The position numbers and the translations under genes were made by a program. The notes under the pieces are model-generated. The model had not been told where the DNA came from. It made no database searches and saw nothing but the letters and a program-made list of their open reading frames with translations. A stretch of 64,000 bases of DNA from positions 32,001 to 96,000 of the IMG/VR virus record IMGVR_UViG_3300033233_000006, one strand, 5' to 3'. Positions 9,253 to 16,904 of this stretch are shown here, piece by piece. Within the stretch, counting starts at the first letter, position 1. Each line of letters opens with the position of its first letter. The DNA comes from a virus.

Positions 9253-11241
9253 GTGACCGCGAAAACAGTAGCACCGCTCAAGGGAACGCCAGACATCTCG
9301 ACCGCTCGGCTGATCCACAGTTACAGGGCCGGACTCAGCCTCGGGCAGTGGATTCGAGAACTCACCGTCAACGCGATCGAGTCGATCGGACGCGCCGGTG
9401 GGACCGGCGTCGTCAGGTGGGATGTGACGCAGCGCAAGGGCTCGATCGCGCCGAACGACCCGCTCTCTGGCAAGCCGCTCATCGCCCCCAAGCTGTTCCT
9501 CGTCGATACCGGCGACGGCATGACGCGCGACCAGCTCGTTTCGTTCCTGACGCGCATCGGGTGGTCGACTGGGAATACCGAGCCTGGTGGTCCGAACTTC
9601 GGGGTCGGAGCGCGCATCTCGCTGCTCCACCTGTGTCCCTACGGCGCACTCTACAGGACACTCCGGGCCGGCGAAAAGGAGGGCCACGAGGCGCTCGGAC
9701 GCCTCACACTAAGCAACGAACTCGAACTGTTGGCCGGCGCCGACGGGCAGCACGTTCGGACGATTCCGCTCTCGGAGTTCCCCGATGAGATCCGCGACGC
9801 AGGACACGGCACCGTCGTCTACCTGCTCGGCGAGTCGGCGGAGCACGACACGACAAGGGTGTGGGGCGACATCAACAACGACGACTACCCCAACAAGATC
9901 AACGGATCGCGCTTCGTCTTGCAGTACCTCAACACGCGCTTCATCAGCTTCCCCCCGACGATCAAGGTTCAAGCCCCGAAGTGCAAGAAAGACGGATCGT
10001 TCGACACGATGGCGACCGCGCAAGGAGCCGACTACTACACGCGCGCCGCCTCTGCGTGGAACGGCATCGTCAAGGTGCGCGGCGCAGAGATCCACTGCTT
10101 CATCCCCAGAAAGCATCCGTCCAAGCACATCACCCCGGGCGACTACGACGACCTGCCGCGCATCGACTTCGTGCTCGACAACGAGGTCTACACGACGCAC
10201 CGCAAGGTCGCCGAGCGCCGCCCCCGCTTCGAGGACTTGAGGCTGTCCATCTCGGCCAGCTATCTCATCCTGCGCGTCCACCTCGACCGCAAGGATGGCT
10301 ACCAAGTTCCGCCCTCACGCGCGTTTGTCTACCGCGGCGACGCCAGGGGTTCCAACCGTGGTTTCCCGTGGGATGCGTGGGTCGCGGACTTCAAGGCCAA
10401 CATGCCGAAGGAGCTGCGAGACTTCGAGGCGCAGCTCGCCGAGGACCAGCTCAAGCACACGTCGTCGAAGAAGGCGATGCAGCGCGAGTTCGTAGAGGTC
10501 TATGGCGACGTGCTGCTCCCCACGGTTCAGCCGAGCACCAAGCCGTCATCCAAGGGCATCCCCGGCTCGGTCCCGGTTACGGGTGGCCCCGGACACGGTG
10601 GCGGGAATGGCGGCGGGAACGGAATCGGAAACGGGACGCTGTCCGGCGGCAAGTACAGTCCCGGTTCTCCCATGAAGAAGCCAGCCACGGTCAAGCCCCA
10701 GAAGACAACCGACTTCGATCTTCCCAAGGTGGTCTGGGAGGAAAAGGGCGCGTTCGAGCGGCGATTCGGAGACATCAATCTGCCCGCCGACTACGATCCC
10801 AACAACCACGTCCTCACGATGAACCTCGGTTCGCTCTTCTACAGGGAGTTCTCGGCCAAGTGGCGCTCGCGCATCAACAGCGAAGACCCGGCGCACGTCC
10901 GAAGGGTCAGGAGCTTCGTGCGCAAGGAGTACGCGCTGGCCTTCGTCGAAGGGGTGATGTCGGCGATTGCCCTCAAGGCCGACAAGACGTTCCGCAAGAA
11001 GGACAAGTGGAAGATCCTGTTCTCCCAGGATGCGATGTTCGCGTACGCGAACGTTCGTCTCCGTCGCGAGAAGCGGGTCAGGGCGTTCATGGCGAAGAAG
11101 CACTTGTTGAAGGCCCAGTCGGCGTGGCCGACCGCCGAGAACTTCCTCAACACGCGAAAGCTCCTCAAGGCCCCCAAGGCAACGGCGCCGGCTATCCCGG
11201 CCTTCACCACGCCGCCCCCCACTGCGCCGACCACGCCGTAG
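9253..11241 (+). CDS. GHKL (HSP90/MORC-like) ATPase domain protein
   Basis: GHKL motifs RELTVNAIES, DTGDGM, NFGVG, GTVV; RBS GGAGG. Confidence 0.8.
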   Translation: MTAKTVAPLKGTPDISTARLIHSYRAGLSLGQWIRELTVNAIESIGRAGGTGVVRWDVTQRKGSIAPNDPLSGKPLIAPKLFLVDTGDGMTRDQLVSFLTRIGWSTGNTEPGGPNFGVGARISLLHLCPYGALYRTLRAGEKEGHEALGRLTLSNELELLAGADGQHVRTIPLSEFPDEIRDAGHGTVVYLLGESAEHDTTRVWGDINNDDYPNKINGSRFVLQYLNTRFISFPPTIKVQAPKCKKDGSFDTMATAQGADYYTRAASAWNGIVKVRGAEIHCFIPRKHPSKHITPGDYDDLPRIDFVLDNEVYTTHRKVAERRPRFEDLRLSISASYLILRVHLDRKDGYQVPPSRAFVYRGDARGSNRGFPWDAWVADFKANMPKELRDFEAQLAEDQLKHTSSKKAMQREFVEVYGDVLLPTVQPSTKPSSKGIPGSVPVTGGPGHGGGNGGGNGIGNGTLSGGKYSPGSPMKKPATVKPQKTTDFDLPKVVWEEKGAFERRFGDINLPADYDPNNHVLTMNLGSLFYREFSAKWRSRINSEDPAHVRRVRSFVRKEYALAFVEGVMSAIALKADKTFRKKDKWKILFSQDAMFAYANVRLRREKRVRAFMAKKHLLKAQSAWPTAENFLNTRKLLKAPKATAPAIPAFTTPPPTAPTTP

Positions 11242-11265
11242 CTGACAGGCAACGACACCTGACAC

Positions 11266-11307
11266 AACGACCACGGACTCGGAGCCCGTGGTCGTGTCGT
11301 TTCTTTC
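11266..11307 (+). terminator. Intrinsic terminator
   Basis: ACGACCACGG/CCGTGGTCGT stem then GTCGTTTCTTTC. Confidence 0.55.
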
Positions 11308-11329
11308 GGGTAGAACGGTTGGCGTGGGC

Positions 11330-11986
11330 ATGAAGATCGTCGTGGTCGGCCTCCACATTGACGAGGATGGCAAGCTCCTCATCCAAGAGCGCCTGCCGAC
11401 CCAGAAGCGCGGCGGCCTCTGGGAGTTCCCGGGCGGCAAGGTCGAAGGCGGCGAGACGATGCGCGAGGCGCTTCGTCACGAGTGGATGGAGGAGCTTGGC
11501 CTTGAGATCGAGGTCGGGCCGCTCATCACCGAGACGGTGATCGAGTTCCCCGAGGGCCTCGCGCTCCTGCCGCTGTTCCGCGTCTTCTACGACCCAAACC
11601 GTAACCCTTACCCCAAGGAGGGCCAGAAGATCGACCGGGCTACTCTCGACGAGGCGATGGCACTGCCCGGCGTCCCGAGCATGGTGCGTTACCAGCCGGT
11701 CCTCCGCGACTACCTCGGCGAGCACCTCACTGGCCGCGGGTGGCCCAAGGGCAACGATCAGTGCGGCGACCCCTACCCGAAGACGGACAAGGGCAACGCG
11801 CTCGCGCGCCTCATGAGCGTGCCGGCGTCGATCGGTCTCCTGCCGCGCGGGTTCAAGGTCCACCACGACGGCGAGGCGGGGCCGTGCGTGCGGTGTGGCC
11901 GAAGCGCGAACACGACCAACGCGAAGGACGAGTGGGAGCACCACGAGATCCGGTGCCCGTTCCCCAAGGAGAGCGAGAGGCGATGA
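11330..11986 (+). CDS. Nudix hydrolase (MutT-like) with C-terminal extension
   Basis: Nudix box WEFPGGKVEGGETMREALRHEWMEELGL. Confidence 0.88.
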   Translation: MKIVVVGLHIDEDGKLLIQERLPTQKRGGLWEFPGGKVEGGETMREALRHEWMEELGLEIEVGPLITETVIEFPEGLALLPLFRVFYDPNRNPYPKEGQKIDRATLDEAMALPGVPSMVRYQPVLRDYLGEHLTGRGWPKGNDQCGDPYPKTDKGNALARLMSVPASIGLLPRGFKVHHDGEAGPCVRCGRSANTTNAKDEWEHHEIRCPFPKESERR

Positions 11987-12297
11987 TCCTCACCATCCCC
12001 GAGAAGCACGTCTCGCTGGTGCTCGACGCCGCCAAGTTCCTCGGCGGCCATGCCGGCCACCAAGAGGGAGGCATGAACACCATCCTCGCCGGCCTGCGGA
12101 CGACGATCGCCGCGGCGGTCCCGAACGTCACACGCCGTCGCACGATCGAGGTCGACATCCAGACCCGCGTCGGCCTCATGCTCATCGTCGATCGCATCGC
12201 CGAGACGGCGCCACCGTCGGCGAAGCACTGGGCGGAACGCGCTCGCTCGAAGCTCGTCAGCACCGACCCGGCGACCGCGGCGCGGGTGATCCTGTGA
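11983..12297 (+). CDS. Hypothetical protein (MILTIPEKH...), weak tag-like end DPATAARVIL
   Basis: ATGA overlap with Nudix stop; typical codons. Confidence 0.6.
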   Translation: MILTIPEKHVSLVLDAAKFLGGHAGHQEGGMNTILAGLRTTIAAAVPNVTRRRTIEVDIQTRVGLMLIVDRIAETAPPSAKHWAERARSKLVSTDPATAARVIL

Positions 12298-12518
12298 GCG
12301 CGACCGACGATGTCTTCATCCCGTGCGATGCGGAACACGGCTGGTGCCAGTGCGGCGAGTGGCACGAGAACCCCGAGAAGGAGAAGCGGCGCCTCGGGTC
12401 GAAGGAGCACGGGCTCACCCTGTGGTCGATAGACAGCGGGCTCTCCTACGACGCGAACCCCCGAGAGAAGCTCCGAGGAGAGGCGATCAAGCGCGGCGCC
12501 CACCGAGTCGACAAGTGA
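12294..12518 (+). CDS. Small Cys/His-containing hypothetical protein
   Basis: GTGA overlap; CDAEHGWCQC. Confidence 0.55.
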   Translation: MSATDDVFIPCDAEHGWCQCGEWHENPEKEKRRLGSKEHGLTLWSIDSGLSYDANPREKLRGEAIKRGAHRVDK

Positions 12519-12733
12519 CCCTCGCCGTTGGCGACATCGTCGTCATCGCCGTCCGCGCGGGCGTCCCTCAGACCTTCTACCGTGGTCCGACAGGGCGGGG
12601 CACGGTCACGAAAGGCGACGACCGCCACGGCTTCGTCTACGTCGACTTCCGCGACGACGGGGCCCCGATCTACATCGATGCGCGCGAGCTGCGCCTCGTG
12701 AGCGCGCCCGAACTGCTGGTCGACCTCGCCTAG
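12515..12733 (+). CDS. Small SH3/KOW-like protein with C-terminal tag (SAPELLVDLA)
   Basis: GTGA overlap; LAVGDIVVI...GRGTVT...VYVDF...ELRLV. Confidence 0.65.
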   Translation: MTLAVGDIVVIAVRAGVPQTFYRGPTGRGTVTKGDDRHGFVYVDFRDDGAPIYIDARELRLVSAPELLVDLA

Positions 12734-13215
12734 TCGATGTCGCGCAGCACGTCGTCGACCTGGCGGATTCGCTCGATCGCCTGCCCCGGCGTCTCATTGT
12801 CAGCACCGATGACGGTCCAGAGCGCCCGGTAGCCGCGGTCCTCGCGCATCGGATCGAGCTGGCGCAGCCGCCCGACGAGCCCTTGAGCCGCTTCCGTGAA
12901 GAGATCGGCGTACTTGGAGAGAAGCAGGTCGGCAATGCCGCTCGCCCGACCGATCGCGCCCACGGCGCTCGCCATCTCCTGCAAGCGGCCCAACTCGCGA
13001 GCGTCGGCGATCACGGCGCGGAGCGCCTCGCGGACCTCGATCCGGTCGGCGAGGATCTGTCCGCCGTCGACGCCGTCGGACATCCGCTTCGAGTCCGGGT
13101 CGAGCCCCGCCAGCCGCTCGACCACGGAGACGTAGGCCGAGATCCGCGGGGCGAGGCTCTCGGCGAGTGCCCCGAGCGAGAGCATGTCCATGTCGGAAGC
13201 GTTGAAGTGGGTCAT
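12730..13215 (-). CDS. Helical hypothetical protein (MTHFNASDM...)
   Basis: RBS AAGGAG upstream on minus strand; converges on the 12515-12733 gene. Confidence 0.65.
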   Translation of the reverse strand: MTHFNASDMDMLSLGALAESLAPRISAYVSVVERLAGLDPDSKRMSDGVDGGQILADRIEVREALRAVIADARELGRLQEMASAVGAIGRASGIADLLLSKYADLFTEAAQGLVGRLRQLDPMREDRGYRALWTVIGADNETPGQAIERIRQVDDVLRDID

Positions 13216-13304
13216 GTGGTCGGGCTCCTTCTGCCCTTCTTCGGAACGCGCGGCGGTCGGACATCTCACTGTCGAACGCGCTTCCGCGTCCGATCACCGG
13301 ACGC

Positions 13305-13400
13305 GTCGGACGCTTAGGTCCAGTTCCGACTGAGGCTTGCAGGAATTCTGGAAAGTTCCGACAGGAGCCCCTGCCCCTCGCAGTCGGGGGGCTGTCCGAC
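13305..13400 (+). ncRNA. Candidate structured RNA / leader before the first tRNA
   Basis: Nested stems GTCGGAC/GTCCGAC, CCGACTG/CAGTCGG, GGAATT/AGTTCC. Confidence 0.35.
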
Positions 13401-13405
13401 ACGAA

Positions 13406-13477
13406 CGGGCTGTAGCGAAGGAGCAACGCGCTGCACTGGGGGTGCAGAGATCGTGGGTGCAATCCCCACCAGCCCGA
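13406..13477 (+). tRNA. tRNA-Pro(GGG)
   Basis: Cloverleaf CGGGCTG/CAGCCCG-A; loop CT-GGG-GG; T-loop TGCAATC. Confidence 0.85.
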
Positions 13478-13496
13478 TCAAACGACGCGAACGCAT

Positions 13497-13570
13497 GGTG
13501 GCTGTAGCTCAGCAAGTAGAGCAACCGGCTGTGAACCGGAAGGTCGCGAGTGCAAGCCTCGCCAGTCACC
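13497..13570 (+). tRNA. tRNA-His(GTG)
   Basis: G-1 and C73; loop CT-GTG-AA; T-loop TGCAAGC. Confidence 0.9.
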
Positions 13571-13577
13571 TCTGGGC

Positions 13578-13606
13578 TTGACCGTGGTTACACACGGAGC
13601 TATACC
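13578..13606 (+). promoter_or_regulatory. Sigma70-like promoter, probably leaderless, for HNH gene
   Basis: TTGACC-17 nt-TATACC, 6 nt before ATG 13613. Confidence 0.45.
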
Positions 13607-13612
13607 CCGGTC

Positions 13613-14020
13613 ATGCCCTACAAAGACCCCGACAAGCAGCGTGCGTTTCAACGGGAGCGTTGCCGTCGTCTAAGGAAAGAGTGGCTCGACGCTCACGGCC
13701 CCTGTGCGAAGTGCGGGAGCCGGAAAGATCCTCAAGTCGATCACATAGACCCGGAGACCAAGGTAGCCCACAACGTCTGGTCGTGGACGCCGAAGCGGCG
13801 AGACGCTGAGCTGGCGAAGTGCCAAGTCCTGTGCATCGACTGTCACAAGGAGAAGACGAAAGCAGAACGGTGGAGACCAATCACGCACGGTCACGAATCA
13901 GCCTACACCCGACGCGGGTGTAGGTGTCCGGCTTGCACCGAAGCGCACCGGCTCGCGAGGGCCAAGTACCGAAAGAAACAGCGCAGGTCAGTCACTCCAA
14001 TGCCCGAGAAGTTCAGGTAG
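13613..14020 (+). CDS. HNH endonuclease
   Basis: CAKCG...VDHIDP...KCQVLCIDCHKEKT; C-terminal CRCPAC. Confidence 0.85.
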   Translation: MPYKDPDKQRAFQRERCRRLRKEWLDAHGPCAKCGSRKDPQVDHIDPETKVAHNVWSWTPKRRDAELAKCQVLCIDCHKEKTKAERWRPITHGHESAYTRRGCRCPACTEAHRLARAKYRKKQRRSVTPMPEKFR

Positions 14021-14074
14021 CGGAACATGTGCTTGGTAAGCACGAGGTGGTCGGTGCAACTCCGACCTCGGGCT
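14002..14074 (+). tRNA. tRNA-Thr(GGT)
   Basis: GCCCGAG/CTCGGGC-T; loop TT-GGT-AA; T-loop TGCAACT. Confidence 0.85.
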
Positions 14075-14082
14075 TCACGAGA

Positions 14083-14222
14083 GGGGTAACGAATGCTTGG
14101 TCCCGCGATGCCGAGTGGTCCCGATCCGAAGTCGACGTGCGACGCCTTCACGATGCTGATCGGAAGGGCCTACGAGGTGCGGGAACGCGAACGAGAGAAG
14201 GGAACCAAGCGGAGGTTGCTTC
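14083..14222 (+). ncRNA. Candidate rod-like structured RNA between tRNAs
   Basis: Stems GGGGTAAC/GTTGCTTC, GCTTGGT/ACCAAGC, TCCCGC/GCGGGA, CCGATC/GATCGG. Confidence 0.45.
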
Positions 14223-14237
14223 ATCGACGCTGATCGT

Positions 14238-14310
14238 GGCGCGCAGGCCAAAGAAGTGAGGCACGCCCCTCATAAGGGCGAGAAACGGGGTGCAACTCCC
14301 TGGCGCGCTA
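14238..14310 (+). tRNA. tRNA-Met(CAT), elongator type (Ile2 not excluded)
   Basis: GGCGCGC/GCGCGCT-A; loop CT-CAT-AA; T-loop TGCAACT. Confidence 0.8.
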
Positions 14311-14327
14311 TCGACGAAGACAAGAAT

Positions 14328-14415
14328 GGATCGCACACGTCCGGGGTAGTCCCGGCGCCCGCCTCGAAAGCGGTGGAGCCCGAAAGGGTTCGGGGTGCAA
14401 CTCCTCGGCGATCCG
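14328..14415 (+). tRNA. tRNA-Ser(CGA)
   Basis: GGATCGC/GCGATCC-G; long variable arm; extended D-arm. Confidence 0.85.
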
Positions 14416-14455
14416 TGAGACGTTCAACTGGCCGTCTTTGACAATTGGGTCCGTC

Positions 14456-14526
14456 CGGGCATTGGCCTAAGCCAAGGCATCGACCAAAGAGGGTCGAGGA
14501 TTCAGGTGCGAGTCCTGAGTGCCCGA
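14456..14526 (+). tRNA. tRNA-like gene with Pro-type acceptor and aberrant anticodon loop
   Basis: CGGGCAT/GTGCCCG-A; intact D- and T-arms; anticodon arm TCGACC-AAAGAG-GGTCGA. Confidence 0.65.
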
Positions 14527-14557
14527 TTGCTGCGCGGAGCAGCTGCGCCTAGACTTG

Positions 14558-15034
14558 ATGGCGATGAGTCAAACGAAGGTGTGCCCGCGCTGTCCGACGC
14601 CGACACCCAAGCCGATAGAGGAGTTCAGTCTCCGAGCCCAAAGCGCCGACGGTCGCGACCTCTACTGCCGCAAGTGCAAGCGGGCCATCAACCGCCGCTC
14701 CTACGAAGGGAACAAGAAGGCTCACATCGCCGCGAACAGGGCGGCGATGGATCGGCGCCGAGTCGAGGTGCAAGAGTTCGTGTGGAACTTCCTCCTCTCT
14801 CACCCGTGCGCGGACTGCGGCGAGGGTGATCCGATCGTCCTCGACTTCGACCACCTCTACGGCAAGCGGAAACACACTCGCGGCGTGTCTGAGATGACGC
14901 GCGGCTGTCACACCGTCGAGACGGTTGCCGCCGAGATCGAGAAGTGCGCCGTGCGATGCGCCAACTGCCACCGCCGGAAGACCGCCAGGGAAAGAGGCTA
15001 CTGGCGCTCGGAGAGAACCAACACAGCGTCGTAG
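14558..15034 (+). CDS. HNH-type endonuclease with N-terminal zinc finger
   Basis: CPRC...YCRKC; CADCG...LDFDH...KCAVRCANCHRRKT. Confidence 0.85.
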   Translation: MAMSQTKVCPRCPTPTPKPIEEFSLRAQSADGRDLYCRKCKRAINRRSYEGNKKAHIAANRAAMDRRRVEVQEFVWNFLLSHPCADCGEGDPIVLDFDHLYGKRKHTRGVSEMTRGCHTVETVAAEIEKCAVRCANCHRRKTARERGYWRSERTNTAS

Positions 15035-15043
15035 TCCGTCTTT

Positions 15044-15115
15044 CGGGGTGTAGCGCAGGAGTAGCGCGCTGCTTTCGGGAAGCAGAGGTCGTGGGTGCGA
15101 ATCCCACCACTCCGA
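15044..15115 (+). tRNA. tRNA-Pro(CGG)
   Basis: Cloverleaf; loop TT-CGG-GA; T-loop TGCGAAT. Confidence 0.9.
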
Positions 15116-15129
15116 TTCAGCAGCATCAT

Positions 15130-15202
15130 GGGCTCGTAGCTCTAATAGGAGAGCGTTCCCCTCGCACGGGAAAGGTTACGGGTGCAACTCCCGTCGGGTC
15201 CA
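15130..15202 (+). tRNA. tRNA-Ala(CGC)
   Basis: G3:U70; loop CT-CGC-AC; T-loop TGCAACT. Confidence 0.9.
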
Positions 15203-15207
15203 CTCAA

Positions 15208-15280
15208 GGGGTCGTAGCTCTAACGGGAGAGCGTCTCGATGGCATCGAGAAGGCTGCGGGTGCAATTCCCGCCGACTCCA
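15208..15280 (+). tRNA. tRNA-Ala(GGC)
   Basis: G3:U70; loop AT-GGC-AT; T-loop TGCAATT. Confidence 0.9.
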
Positions 15281-15293
15281 TCAGCAACGATGA

Positions 15294-15379
15294 GGAGAGC
15301 GAACCGGCCAAGGCGCCGGGCTCGTCTTGAAAGCGATGCGCCCGCTTCGGCGGGTGGGGTGCGAGACCTCCGTTCTCCG
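15294..15379 (+). tRNA. tRNA-Ser(TGA), 8/4 fold
   Basis: 8-bp acceptor GGAGAGCG/CGTTCTCC-G; 4-bp T-stem GGGG/CCTC; long variable arm. Confidence 0.85.
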
Positions 15380-15445
15380 TGCAAGCTTCTCGAATCTTGA
15401 CCCCGAGACCTGCCTTCGAGGCCGTCACGCGGTCAAGATGTTCCT

Positions 15446-15518
15446 GGGTTCGTAGTTCAGCAGCTAGAACAGCACCTTGACATGGTGAAGATCGCGGGTG
15501 CGAGTCCCGCCGAGCCCA
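15446..15518 (+). tRNA. tRNA-Val(GAC)
   Basis: Loop TT-GAC-AT; D-loop AGCAGCTA; T-loop TGCGAGT. Confidence 0.9.
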
Positions 15519-15527
15519 TTTCAACAC

Positions 15528-15601
15528 GGGTCTGTAGCTCCAATAGCCAGAGCAGCTCGCTCTTAACGAGATGGTTGTCGGTGCAAGTCCGACCAGGCCC
15601 A
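15528..15601 (+). tRNA. tRNA-Lys(CTT)
   Basis: Loop CT-CTT-AA; T-loop TGCAAGT. Confidence 0.9.
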
Positions 15602-15605
15602 TCAT

Positions 15606-15677
15606 GGCGTGGTGGTCTAACAGTAGGACGCCCGGCTTTCAATCGGGACCGTACGGGTGCAAGTCCCGTCCACGTCA
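15606..15677 (+). tRNA. tRNA-Glu(TTC)
   Basis: Loop CT-TTC-AA; T-loop TGCAAGT. Confidence 0.85.
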
Positions 15678-15681
15678 ACTT

Positions 15682-15754
15682 GGTCTGCGAGTCGTCTAGT
15701 GATGGCAACCGATTGCAACCCGGTTCGAGCAGGGTGCGATTCCCTGGCAGACCT
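15682..15754 (+). tRNA. tRNA-Cys(GCA)
   Basis: U73; loop TT-GCA-AC; T-loop TGCGATT. Confidence 0.85.
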
Positions 15755-15758
15755 TCAT

Positions 15759-15830
15759 GCGGGTGTAGCTCAGCAGCAGAGCGCCGGTCTTCCAAACCGA
15801 TGGTCGAGGGTGCGACTCCCTCCGTCCGCT
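15759..15830 (+). tRNA. tRNA-Gly(TCC)
   Basis: U73; loop CT-TCC-AA; T-loop TGCGACT. Confidence 0.9.
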
Positions 15831-15831
15831 T

Positions 15832-16182
15832 CTACGTGACGACCGGGGCCGATGCGGTCAGGAAGACCTGATTCGCGGGCGGCAACGGAGTCGGGTTGGA
15901 GGTGACCGTCACCCTGGCGATCGTGTCGGGAGGACTCGGCAGGTTGCCGCGCGCCGAACAGGTGATGGTAGCGTTGCCGAAGCCGACCCCGTACACGAGA
16001 CACCGGAGCCCGTCCTCGGTAGGCGCGAGCCTGACGGCGACGGGGTTGTCGACCCGCCATACCGGGGTGATGCCGGAAGGAAGCTGTCCCGGGCCGCCCG
16101 AGTCGAAGTCGACCCCGTTGATGGTCAGCGTGAACTTCTCGCCGGGCGCCAACTGGAGGCTCGGAACAATCGAGGCGGGCAT
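15832..16182 (-). CDS. Ig-like (Big_2-type) domain protein, antisense within the tRNA array
   Basis: PVWRVDNPVAVRL...GVGFGNATITCSA pattern; strong RBS AGGAGGAG on minus strand. Confidence 0.7.
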   Translation of the reverse strand: MPASIVPSLQLAPGEKFTLTINGVDFDSGGPGQLPSGITPVWRVDNPVAVRLAPTEDGLRCLVYGVGFGNATITCSARGNLPSPPDTIARVTVTSNPTPLPPANQVFLTASAPVVT

Positions 16183-16240
16183 GGGTGCTCCTCCTCGCCG
16201 ATCTTACTACACGCCAAGGTCGCCCATGCGACCGAGGAAT

Positions 16241-16313
16241 GCCCCCGTAGCTCAGTAGACAGAGCAGCCGCCTTCTAAGCGGAAGGTCGAAGGTGCGAAT
16301 CCTTCCGGGGGCA
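16241..16313 (+). tRNA. tRNA-Arg(TCT)
   Basis: Loop CT-TCT-AA; D-loop AGTAGACA; T-loop TGCGAAT. Confidence 0.9.
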
Positions 16314-16326
16314 ACGCGACGAACAC

Positions 16327-16398
16327 GGGGTCGTAGCTCAGCAGGAGAGCGTCTGCCTTGCAAGCAGAGGGTCGCGGGTGCGATTCCCGCCGATTCCA
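16327..16398 (+). tRNA. tRNA-Ala(TGC)
   Basis: G3:U70; loop CT-TGC-AA; T-loop TGCGATT. Confidence 0.9.
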
Positions 16399-16414
16399 TG
16401 AAGGAGGAGATGAG

Positions 16415-16453
16415 ATGCACACGTACCAGAGGTTCCCCAAACGCCCGTGGTGA
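16415..16453 (+). CDS. Candidate 12-aa leader peptide MHTYQRFPKRPW
   Basis: AGGAGG 7 nt upstream of ATG; 3' end forms one arm of a 12-bp hairpin overlapping tRNA-Lys(TTT). Confidence 0.45.
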   Translation: MHTYQRFPKRPW

Positions 16454-16466
16454 TTCCCTTCACCAC

Positions 16467-16538
16467 GGGCGCGTAGCTCGAAGGACGTAGCAACCGCCTT
16501 TTAAGCGGAAGGTCTGGGTCCGATTCCCAGCGTGCCCA
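16467..16538 (+). tRNA. tRNA-Lys(TTT)
   Basis: GGGCGCG/CGTGCCC-A; loop CT-TTT-AA; T-loop TCCGATT (only non-G55 tRNA). Confidence 0.85.
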
Positions 16539-16543
16539 TTCGA

Positions 16544-16616
16544 GGACTCGTAGCTCAATTAGTAGAGCACCGGATTGAAGATCCGGGTGTTGATGGTGCA
16601 ACTCCGTCCGAGTCCA
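16544..16616 (+). tRNA. tRNA-Phe(GAA)
   Basis: Loop TT-GAA-GA; D-loop AATTAGTA; T-loop TGCAACT. Confidence 0.9.
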
Positions 16617-16621
16617 TTCAA

Positions 16622-16696
16622 GCTCCCATAGCTCATGACAGGTAGAGCGTCGGATTGTCGATCCGAAGGTGGCGGGTGCAACTCCCGTTGGGGGCG
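16622..16696 (+). tRNA. tRNA-Asp(GTC)
   Basis: G73; loop TT-GTC-GA; T-loop TGCAACT. Confidence 0.9.
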
Positions 16697-16701
16697 TACG
16701 T

Positions 16702-16768
16702 CGCGGGTCCCGGAGAGGGACGTTGGGCTCATAACCCGACTGAGGCTGTGCGACTCGGCCACCCGCAA
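16702..16768 (+). tRNA. Initiator tRNA-fMet(CAT) with minimal D-arm (67 nt)
   Basis: C1:A72 mismatch; GGG/CCC anticodon stem; loop CT-CAT-AA; T-loop TGCGACT. Confidence 0.8.
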
Positions 16769-16776
16769 TTCATCAT

Positions 16777-16848
16777 GGCGCATTCGTCCAGCAGCTAGGA
16801 CATCGGCCCCTCACGCCGAAGACACGGGTGCAATTCCCGTATGCGTCA
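16777..16848 (+). tRNA. tRNA-Glu(CTC)
   Basis: Loop CC-CTC-AC (C33); T-loop TGCAATT. Confidence 0.85.
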
Positions 16849-16904
16849 TTCTCCCGTAGGCTCAAACAGTAGAGTCGCCGAAGTGGCTGTGGACCTAAGA
16901 TAGA

